The notes beneath the pieces were generated by a model that saw only the letters and a program-made list of their open reading frames with translations, made no database searches and had not been told where the DNA came from. The translations under genes and the position numbers were made by a program. From the NCBI GenBank assembly GCA_049512935.1, contig JBEKWR010000019.1:1-35181 (forward strand): DNA of 35,181 nucleotides. Direction: 5' to 3'. Below, one piece after another: positions 27,680 to 35,181 of this stretch (position 1 is its first letter; each line of letters begins with the position of its first letter). The DNA is from Candidatus Bathyarchaeia archaeon (GTDB lineage: Archaea; Thermoproteota; Bathyarchaeia; Bathyarchaeales; Bathycorpusculaceae).

Positions 27680-28107
27680 GTGGATCCTACCTGTGACAGC
27701 TGCAACTGCAGTATGTAGACGGCGAACGTGGAACTTTGGCTGGCGCAAACGTAATCCAATGAAACAATCTTGTCGCTTACTTCGCCTCCGCTGGAGATTG
27801 GGAAGCCTTTGTTGAGGACGTTCATGTTTTGGTCGTAAACGGTCAAGTTGAACCAGTCGGTTAGGGGAAGTGCAGATGCTACAGAAGCTTGGAGACCCAC
27901 CCAGTCGCGGCTGTCAACCATTGCTGCCAGGTGCCCGTTGCTGTCTAAGCTCAACAGGACGTTCTGGACTGTTGCAGCAAGAGTTCCCGTTGAATCATTC
28001 AAGTTTGGCTGGGCGGGAATCATCGCGAGACAGGACAATAGCAACAGCGAAGCTAAGAATGCCTCTATTACGCGAACTACGCCTTTCTTGTCTTTCATCA
28101 GCCTCAC
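27676..28107 (-). CDS. Minor type IV pilin-like protein
   Basis: KDKKG|VVRVIEAFLASLLLL class III signal. Confidence 0.8.
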   Translation of the reverse strand: MRLMKDKKGVVRVIEAFLASLLLLSCLAMIPAQPNLNDSTGTLAATVQNVLLSLDSNGHLAAMVDSRDWVGLQASVASALPLTDWFNLTVYDQNMNVLNKGFPISSGGEVSDKIVSLDYVCASQSSTFAVYILQLQLSQVGST

Positions 28108-29150
28108 GAGGCGGGACCTCCTAAACTTACCTCAAGCTTGTAGAGGACACCGTTTATTGTGACGGTGTAGCTGAAGACGTTTTGCTGTGAGCCAGAAAAG
28201 TCTGACCCTGCCTTAAGGGGCACTTGCGGGTAGGAAACCCATTGTTGAAAGTATTCGCCGCCGTTGGAGCCGCATGCAACTATGATCAACGGGCTTTTGT
28301 CGACCAAGTTTGGAATTGCACATTGCGTAGCACCAGATGTGTATGCGAGGGGTTGCTGGTAAGCATACGAGAAGACGTAGCTGTTTTGAATTGTTAAGTC
28401 TGAGGAGTTCGTGATGAAGTTTAATTCGTGATTAAGGGGGCTTAGGGTTAGGAAGTTGCTGTTTGTGACGGTTTCTTGGGCTGAATCGGCAAGGTTGTAG
28501 ATTGCGTACGATGTTATTCTATCGTCGAATGAGGCTCTTGCAAAAACAATAACCATAGCGTTGCCTGTCGCCGCAGTTGGAATTTGAACCGTGTCGTACC
28601 CGCTTCCAACGTTTGAGGTGCTGCTTGTTATGTTGAACAGATAATCGTTTGCTACGACGTAAGAGTTTAGGCTGGCGCTTACGGGTTCAGAATCGATGCT
28701 GGTTGAAACTGCAAAGGTAAAATACACCACGTTGCCCGATGCGTAGTTGGCAGCCGGTTCAAGGTTTATGTCCATAATTTGAGAAACCGTTATGCCTAGG
28801 GCTAGATTGTTCAGTTTGGCGGCGTTTTCCAAATCAAAGTACGAGATGGAATCGTTGTTCAGGCTGTTTAGACGGGTAATCTTGTCGGCATCTAACGCGT
28901 ACGTAATCGTGGAGGGGCTTGCTGCTAGGCCGAAGTCGGTTGGGAGTTGGCCGCTCGTTCCCCAGTTGCCTGGTGTCCCAGGGCTTGTTACGATGTTATC
29001 GGCTATGGCTTGGAGGTAACTTTGCTCGTTTATGTTTTTGGTGTTGTCTATTCTCGTCTCCATCGTTGAGGTTACGAAGCCAGTTGCTATCAGCGCCGCT
29101 GCCAGTATGATTGTGCACGCGAAGAACGTGTCAAAGGAACTGGTCGGCAA
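28104..29150 (-). CDS. Pilus-associated protein (minor pilin-like, no basic leader)
   Basis: TTG start with SD AAGGAG; N-terminal hydrophobic helix; 'SPGTPGNW...FGLA' motif; within the operon. Confidence 0.75.
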   Translation of the reverse strand: MPTSSFDTFFACTIILAAALIATGFVTSTMETRIDNTKNINEQSYLQAIADNIVTSPGTPGNWGTSGQLPTDFGLAASPSTITYALDADKITRLNSLNNDSISYFDLENAAKLNNLALGITVSQIMDINLEPAANYASGNVVYFTFAVSTSIDSEPVSASLNSYVVANDYLFNITSSTSNVGSGYDTVQIPTAATGNAMVIVFARASFDDRITSYAIYNLADSAQETVTNSNFLTLSPLNHELNFITNSSDLTIQNSYVFSYAYQQPLAYTSGATQCAIPNLVDKSPLIIVACGSNGGEYFQQWVSYPQVPLKAGSDFSGSQQNVFSYTVTINGVLYKLEVSLGGPAS

Positions 29151-29165
29151 AGCGGTACTTCTCCT

Positions 29166-30692
29166 TTAAGGGCCTGCATTAGGGTTTAATCCGAATTTGA
29201 TTGGCATGAATGCGGCGCCTAAGATGATTTGGGATACGATAAGTGACACGTAGGCTATCGTGGCTAGCAGTGCTGCGTGTTTAAATCCAGCGCCGAAGTT
29301 TCCTTCGCTGATTTTTCCGATGAAGAAGCCTGAAATCCAGCATTGAAGGATTATGCCTACTGAGAAGGTTTTGAGTTGCCCCGTGATGGCTGTTGAGGCG
29401 ACTGGCAAAACGGTGGTGCTGACGACGCCTGAAATCATGCTGCTGGTGAGGGCTACTATGGTTGTGGTGACGGCGATTAGTACGCTCCACATAACGGCAA
29501 GAAGCAAGTAGGGCTTCAAGAGTTCTCGGCGGTTAATCTGGAGTTCACGCTCTTTCTCGCTGTACTCTGAAAGAATCTCCAGCGATTGGATTGAGTTGCC
29601 GCCTATTTCAACGGTTTCGACGACCAAGGCAAAGTTAACTACGACAAACCAACTTCGGATTTCCTTGCGTATGTTCTCAAAAGTTTTTCTTAAAGGAATT
29701 CCCCATTCTATTTGGCTCCGCATTAAGTCCAGAAACTTCGAGAAGGGCCCGTAATCCTTTCGTTTTGTGGCTTGCACTATGCTTTTTTCAGGTGAAAGCC
29801 CTGTTTTCTGTGACTCAGTGATGTCGCGGATGAAGGCGGGGATTGAGTCTTCGGCGTTGTAGTTGATTTTGGCAATGCGGTAGTATTGGAGAGCAATTGG
29901 AATTGAAGAGGCGACTAAACAGATTGTTGTGACTTCAGGTAACCCTATTGGACCGAGTCCGTGCGACAGCGAAGGAACCGCTGCGAAGGCACCTATCACG
30001 GCAAATGCGGGGACGAGAAACATTATGGCTTTTCTGTATAGGTCTTTTAAGTCTGGGAAGGCGCTTTTTTGCAGGTTATGCGCCATCATGATGAAGACAA
30101 CAGACATCAGCGGCATGAAGACGAAGGCGATTAGGTAAGACAAAACTGGGGAAAGTGCTATTGAAGCGCCTCCCATCAGCTGCCCAATGTTTGATGCTGC
30201 TAAAACAACGAAGAGAATGTAAGTGCAAAGCACGACGATTAGCATAACGGAGTAGGCTTCAACCAGCGTAACGATTCTTTCAATCGAGCGGTTAAGGCTG
30301 TTAGTTCTCAGCTCAAAGATTGCTTTAAGCTCGCTCTTCATGTAGTCAACAAGTTTTCCGCCGCTTCTGATTGAGGAAACAAAGCCGCCCAAGAAGTTCC
30401 TGTACGATTTCGACTGCGTGGTTTCGGCTCGAAGCAGCATGACGGTTAAGGGGTCTTTGCCTAAAACCTCGACTTGACGCACAACCTCATCTGCTTCCTT
30501 CTTGAAGGTCGGCAGGAAAGATAGCTTTCGCATTTTCTTCCAGCTTTCATATGGTGAGACGCCGCTTGCAGCCAGAAGAGTAAAAACCATCAGTGCAAAA
30601 GGCAGTTCCGACTCAGTTTTCTCTTTTTCTTCGCCGCCTGCTTTGCTGAATGAACCAAAGATTTTGCCGATGAAGCCGCCGGGAGCCGCCAT
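29166..30692 (-). CDS. Type IV pilus membrane platform protein (TadC/PilC/ArlJ-like, T2SS F)
   Basis: Two T2SSF repeats (ELPFAL...ASGVS; IPAFIRDI....KTGLS), multiple TMs, directly follows the ATPase. Confidence 0.92.
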   Translation of the reverse strand: MAAPGGFIGKIFGSFSKAGGEEKEKTESELPFALMVFTLLAASGVSPYESWKKMRKLSFLPTFKKEADEVVRQVEVLGKDPLTVMLLRAETTQSKSYRNFLGGFVSSIRSGGKLVDYMKSELKAIFELRTNSLNRSIERIVTLVEAYSVMLIVVLCTYILFVVLAASNIGQLMGGASIALSPVLSYLIAFVFMPLMSVVFIMMAHNLQKSAFPDLKDLYRKAIMFLVPAFAVIGAFAAVPSLSHGLGPIGLPEVTTICLVASSIPIALQYYRIAKINYNAEDSIPAFIRDITESQKTGLSPEKSIVQATKRKDYGPFSKFLDLMRSQIEWGIPLRKTFENIRKEIRSWFVVVNFALVVETVEIGGNSIQSLEILSEYSEKERELQINRRELLKPYLLLAVMWSVLIAVTTTIVALTSSMISGVVSTTVLPVASTAITGQLKTFSVGIILQCWISGFFIGKISEGNFGAGFKHAALLATIAYVSLIVSQIILGAAFMPIKFGLNPNAGP

Positions 30693-30693
30693 C

Positions 30694-32277
30694 TTATTCT
30701 TGCTCCTTTGCGGATTCTTTCATTGCCAACTCTGCAAGGTTAAGTGAATTGTTCAGCGCCTTGTGCACGCTTCTGAAGTCGCGGAGGTTTTTATCAACCA
30801 TGTTCAGCAGAATCTGTTTTCTCCGCTCAAACTCCTGTTCAACAACGCTTGGGGGCGCGTCAAGGTTTTTGGCGATTTTATTGAAAAGGTAGCTTTTATC
30901 CAGAGTTTGCTCGAAAGTGTCTGTGGACATGTTCCAGTTGAAAACTTCGATTGGGGCGCCGTTGTTGTCGATTTCAGCGATTTTAACGAATTTACGCGTG
31001 GAAACTTTTCTGTTCTGCGGGTTGCTGCTCAGCGCCTTGACTTGCTTGACAACTATGACGCAGTTCATCAGGGACAGAATTGTCTGCGGGATGTTCATAG
31101 GCGGCTGAGTGAGTCTTTTTATGACTGTTTCCACGTCGTCAGCGTGCATTGTACATAATCCGCCGTGACCCGTGGCTAAGGCTTGGAAAAGCACGTATGC
31201 TTCTTCGCCTCTGATTTCGCCTACAAGAATCAACGCAGGTCTGTGCCGAACCGCGGACTTGATCAGGTCGTAAAGGGTGACTTCTCCTTGGCTGTCTCCG
31301 CCGAATCCTGTTCGTGCGATGGTTGAAACCCAGTTTTCCTGGGGAAGATTGATTTCCTGTACTTCTTCAACTGAAATCATCTTGTAGTCTGGACGCACAA
31401 GGCATGCGATGGCGTTTAGCGCTGTGGTTTTTCCCGCGCCTGTAGGACCCACAATCATCACCGACATCTTGTTTTCCATCAGCATCCAAAGGTATGCGCC
31501 GATTGACTCGTCGATTGTTTCGTTCATTATCAGATCGACTATTGTGAGCGGGTCTTCTCTGAATTTTCTGATAGTGAAGCTTGTCCCAGCAGGAGTTGTT
31601 TCTTTTCCGAAAGAGATTGCAAGCCTGTGCTTCCCCGGAAGCGTCAAGTCGACTATCGGGTGGGCTATACTCACGTGTTTGCCTTGGCGGTGGACAACGC
31701 GCGTTACAAAATCGTCAAGTTCTTCCTCGTCCGAGTAGATGATGTTAGTCCGCGCGTTGGCGTATTTTCTATGGTAAATGTAAATGGGCTTGTTGATGCC
31801 TAAGCAACTTATGTCTTCTATCATCGGGTCGCTGATTAAACCGTCGATTTTTCCGTAGCCGATCAAGTCTTTTTCAAGGTAATAGACGATTTTCCGCATA
31901 CCCACTTGGTTAGCATCTCCAAAAACGTTTTGATGTTCCGCTATGATCAGTGGAAGCTGCCTGTGAAATGAATCAGCCAAGGTTTCATCCACGCCGGGGG
32001 CTTTGAGTTCGTATTCGAGGATGTTTTTAAGCTGCTTGTAGGATTCCCGCTCCTCTTGTGTTAAGGCAAGTTCGTCGACGGCGTAGAAGTAGCTGCCTTC
32101 CGAGTCATCTTGGAACACCCAAGCGTAAGAGTACGGCGGGTTAAGGGGATAACTTTCAACTTGAACGTAGCCTTCAGGCACCTGGTAACCCTGAATGCCC
32201 AAGTAAGCGACGAGTTCCTCGTCTGAAGTCTTAACTGTAGCTTCCGTCTCTTCCTGATTCTTTTTCCCTAACTTCAT
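30694..32277 (-). CDS. Type II/IV secretion ATPase (PilB/ArlI/VirB11 family)
   Basis: IEDISC, SFTIRKF, GPTGAGKTT, RHRP..ILVGEIRG.EA and TGHGGLCTMHA motifs. Confidence 0.95.
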   Translation of the reverse strand: MKLGKKNQEETEATVKTSDEELVAYLGIQGYQVPEGYVQVESYPLNPPYSYAWVFQDDSEGSYFYAVDELALTQEERESYKQLKNILEYELKAPGVDETLADSFHRQLPLIIAEHQNVFGDANQVGMRKIVYYLEKDLIGYGKIDGLISDPMIEDISCLGINKPIYIYHRKYANARTNIIYSDEEELDDFVTRVVHRQGKHVSIAHPIVDLTLPGKHRLAISFGKETTPAGTSFTIRKFREDPLTIVDLIMNETIDESIGAYLWMLMENKMSVMIVGPTGAGKTTALNAIACLVRPDYKMISVEEVQEINLPQENWVSTIARTGFGGDSQGEVTLYDLIKSAVRHRPALILVGEIRGEEAYVLFQALATGHGGLCTMHADDVETVIKRLTQPPMNIPQTILSLMNCVIVVKQVKALSSNPQNRKVSTRKFVKIAEIDNNGAPIEVFNWNMSTDTFEQTLDKSYLFNKIAKNLDAPPSVVEQEFERRKQILLNMVDKNLRDFRSVHKALNNSLNLAELAMKESAKEQE

Positions 32278-32726
32278 ATCTGATAATCACCCGATAACGT
32301 TAAACTTACAGTTTGATTCGCGCTGCAGCACTCCAGACAGGGGCTGCCGTAGCTGCTGACGAAAACTCCTGAAGCCGTGACCTCAGCCGGTATGTATATT
32401 TTTGGTTGATTTGAACTGACGGTTGAACCGAAACCCGAGGAAACCCACGTTCCTGACGAGTCGTTTCCGATGCAAACCCAATACATTTGGTTCCCTACCG
32501 AGGGCGGAAGATCCAGAAATTGAGTGAAATTTTGGCTATCTTCGGCTGTGCGGGTTATAAGCTGGAGGCTTTGGGTTGCAACCGCTTGATCGATGTTGGT
32601 CAGCTGCTGCTCCGTCGCTTCATTTTTCACGTTCATCGTGACGAGGGTACAGGCTGAAACTATGATGGCGCCAACGACGAGGGCTGCAAACAACGTGTAA
32701 ACGTACCCTGGAATTATAGACGGCAA
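32274..32726 (-). CDS. Pilus-associated protein (minor pilin-like, no basic leader)
   Basis: TTG start; MPSIIPGYVYTLFAALVVGAIIV hydrophobic N-terminus; ATGA overlap with the ATPase gene. Confidence 0.75.
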   Translation of the reverse strand: MPSIIPGYVYTLFAALVVGAIIVSACTLVTMNVKNEATEQQLTNIDQAVATQSLQLITRTAEDSQNFTQFLDLPPSVGNQMYWVCIGNDSSGTWVSSGFGSTVSSNQPKIYIPAEVTASGVFVSSYGSPCLECCSANQTVSLTLSGDYQI

Positions 32727-32729
32727 GGC

Positions 32730-33566
32730 TTAGGCAACGCCCTCCTCAATTGTTATGTTAGAAACAACGATTTCCACATTGATTATCGAGCCAGCCTGCG
32801 TGCTTGAAATCGGCACCAAAACACTTCCGACAGCGCCGTTCAACTGCGAAGTGACCGTGAGGTTTCCAGGCTGAGAAGACTGAAATGTTTCAGTTGTCAG
32901 CTGGGTGTTCACGCAGGAAATTTGCAGGGGAAGCTCGCCTCGAAGCGCAAAGGGAGCTGAAAAGTTCAAGTTCACGATGTAAATGCGGATGTCAGTGACG
33001 TCTTGGCCATTTTCCGCTCCAGCAGGCGCGTAGGTGACTGCAGGGCGATATCCGAGCTGAACTTGAGGTCCCTGCAAACCGCTAGCTAGGTAGAGCTGGC
33101 TCAGTGACGCGCCGCTTTGGTTCGTTATGGTTGAGCTGTCGCCTTCCAGGTAAAAGTCCATGTCCGCGGTTGTGAAGGCTGGGAGGTCATACACGACCTG
33201 CCCCGTTGAAGAATTGAAAATCACCGCGTTGATCCCACTGCCGTCGGTAACGGTCAAAGTCAAGTTGTTGGACGATGGCTCAACGTTTAGTTGGCCGCCG
33301 GAATCCCTAAAATCAAGGGTAGCTGTGGATCCCGGCTGCGAAACTACGGATAGGACTTGGTTGTCCAGCGAGGTCATGTCCTGCTTTGCAGTCAACACGT
33401 TAAATGACTGCTTCTGATTGTTGACCTGCTGAACCGCAAAAACGTAGGTGACTGAGACCAAGAGCATGGTGGAGACAAACAGAATTAGGTAAGTCACTGG
33501 CAGGGCTAAGGCACTCTTCGATTTGAAGAACCTGACGCGTTTGGTTTTCTGGGAAATCGTCGTCAA
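32730..33566 (-). CDS. Minor type IV pilin-like protein
   Basis: Basic leader RFFKSKSA|LALPVTYLILFVS followed by a hydrophobic helix and a beta-rich domain. Confidence 0.78.
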   Translation of the reverse strand: MTTISQKTKRVRFFKSKSALALPVTYLILFVSTMLLVSVTYVFAVQQVNNQKQSFNVLTAKQDMTSLDNQVLSVVSQPGSTATLDFRDSGGQLNVEPSSNNLTLTVTDGSGINAVIFNSSTGQVVYDLPAFTTADMDFYLEGDSSTITNQSGASLSQLYLASGLQGPQVQLGYRPAVTYAPAGAENGQDVTDIRIYIVNLNFSAPFALRGELPLQISCVNTQLTTETFQSSQPGNLTVTSQLNGAVGSVLVPISSTQAGSIINVEIVVSNITIEEGVA

Positions 33567-33870
33567 CTCTCTTTTCAGCCTACCCGTATGCTAATAGAGG
33601 TCTTGGAAAAAGCATTAAGTTGTTTGTGCGTAACAAGAAGTACATAAGAAAAGACCTGATAACGAAAAACGCTGGCTTCTTGAGGAAAGCAGGATTCGTG
33701 GCTCCAAATGTTAGAAAAGGTGTTTTATTAGTGCTTAATTCAGGAATGCCTTCCGACGCCTGCTGTGAAGGAGTCGTAACAATCATCACTGACAAAATTT
33801 TCGCTACTACGAGAATATGTTTTTACAATAAAAAGGAAAGTGGGGGGCCCCAAGTTAGCTATTCTTAGCC

Positions 33871-34446
33871 TTATAGGGACACTGAAGTTGTCTGAACGTT
33901 TGTCTCAGTATAGTACATCGCTTGCGACGTGAAGACAGTCATTCCGATGGTTGTGCCTATGTCGTTTATGCTGACGCTGGTGGGTGCAGTGATATAGACC
34001 GCCATGGTGCTGCCAGAAGTTAGCACTAACGCGGTGCTGCCGCTGGCTGGTAGCGCTAAGCTGTTTGAGTCGCTGCTAAATACCTTTGTGCCAGCAACTG
34101 TTGCCTGTGCAGATAGGCTGGTGGGTACTGTGCCGCCAACGTTTACTTCAAAGTAAACGTTTCCGCTATGACTTATGGTTGCAGCTATTCCGCGTATCTG
34201 TATCTGATTGATGACTACGTCACGTCCGCCAGTATTCGTGATTATCATCGCGGCTTGAGCGTTTCCAGCTTTGTCAACCCAAACACTTGGGCATGAAATA
34301 CTCAAGCTTTCCTGTTGAACCCGTGTGCTGACGACGTTGATCGCAAAGTAAGTTACGACGCCTGCGAGAAGCACTGAAACGACAAGGATAATCAGCGTAG
34401 TTACGACAGTACTGAGAGCCAAACGATTCTTTAGTATTTTCCTCAT
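33871..34446 (-). CDS. Major type IV pilin/archaellin-like subunit (paralog B)
   Basis: MRKILKNRLA|LSTVVTTLIILVVSVLLAGVV; 'NTGGRDVVINQI'; SD AGGAG; T-rich tract downstream. Confidence 0.88.
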   Translation of the reverse strand: MRKILKNRLALSTVVTTLIILVVSVLLAGVVTYFAINVVSTRVQQESLSISCPSVWVDKAGNAQAAMIITNTGGRDVVINQIQIRGIAATISHSGNVYFEVNVGGTVPTSLSAQATVAGTKVFSSDSNSLALPASGSTALVLTSGSTMAVYITAPTSVSINDIGTTIGMTVFTSQAMYYTETNVQTTSVSL

Positions 34447-35181
34447 TTATTTTTAAACTCCTTGTTGTGCGTAGACAAATAAGACACATAACAAACCCCA
34501 CCGAAATCATTGAAAAAGTGAGGCCTCTTGCTATCCCAAATTACGATAAAGATTGCAAGGCGAATTTGTAAAAATTGGAAAAAACAATAAAAAGAATATT
34601 GGGGGGATAAGTACCTGTGTTAGGGTATCTTATGATGTGGGCAGAGTCGTTGTGGTTCCTTGGACGTTTGTCTCAGTATAGTACATTGCGTTAGTGGTCA
34701 AGACGGTGATGCCGATGGTTGTGCCTATATCATTGATACTGACACTGGTGGGGTTACTAATGTATATCTCTAGCATGCTGCCGGAAGATAATGTGATAGG
34801 TTCATCTCCTACTAAAGCAGATGCGGCTAAAGTTCCTTTTGCTGATAAGTCGCTAGCAGTTGATGTTGTATAATTGTAGACGTTTGTGCTATATGCAGCT
34901 GCTATTCCACGCACCTGTATCTGGTTGATGACTATATCTCGCCCGCCTGTATTCTTGACGAGTACTGCAGCCTGAGTATATCCAGCTGCGTCAACCCAGA
35001 CATGTGGGAAAGACAGCTGTACGCTTTCCTGTTGCACTCGTGTGCTGACGACGTTGATTGCAAAGTAAGTTACGACGCCTGCGAGAAGCACTGAAACGAC
35101 AAGGATAATCAGCGTAGTTACGACAGTACTGAGAGCCAAACGATTCTTTAGTATTTTCCTCATTTATTTTTAAACTCCTTG
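34343..35181. repeat. Direct repeat between tandem pilin 5' ends (34343-34464 = 35060-35181)
   Basis: 122 bp exact identity at a 717-bp offset, including the SD/UTR; continues to the window edge. Confidence 0.92.
34630..35163 (-). CDS. Major type IV pilin/archaellin-like subunit (paralog A)
   Basis: Same N-terminal ~47 aa as paralog B, with a diverged globular domain. Confidence 0.88.
   Translation of the reverse strand: MRKILKNRLALSTVVTTLIILVVSVLLAGVVTYFAINVVSTRVQQESVQLSFPHVWVDAAGYTQAAVLVKNTGGRDIVINQIQVRGIAAAYSTNVYNYTTSTASDLSAKGTLAASALVGDEPITLSSGSMLEIYISNPTSVSINDIGTTIGITVLTTNAMYYTETNVQGTTTTLPTS

Noticed and set aside
33580-33868. 71-aa and 82-aa ORFs between the major pilins and the operon
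   Set aside because: Mutually overlapping, no motifs, and the region holds the pilin terminator and likely the operon promoter.

Overview
Archaeal chromosomal segment, most consistent with Bathyarchaeia/TACK (BRE-TATA promoters, a BHB-intron tRNA, eL38, Tsr3, DUF3227-like and TrmB proteins, class III signal-peptide pilins); the taxonomy is inferred. From left to right: a partial MMPL/RND transporter; a HAS/NodC-like GT2 synthase plus polysaccharide deacetylase operon; a nitroreductase; a small low-GC islet between tRNA-Phe and a degenerate copy of its 3' end; tRNA-Phe(GAA) with a non-canonical 30/31 intron; tRNA-Val(CAC); eL38; two PD-(D/E)xK nuclease genes flanking an ABC exporter; an NAD/MTA/adenine repair and salvage neighbourhood (pncA, nnr, tsr3, macrodomain, apt, mtnP); TrmB; a PT-rich surface protein with a PEF-CTERM-like tail; and a type IV pilus locus ending in two tandem pilins with DNA-identical 5' ends. 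The main unexplained signal is a ~26-30 bp non-palindromic intergenic repeat (GTATACAAAAGCATCAnCAAAACCCA). I found seven copies in both orientations, all between 9.1 and 20.4 kb, where intergenic gaps are unusually long. All family calls come from motif recognition, not database searches.
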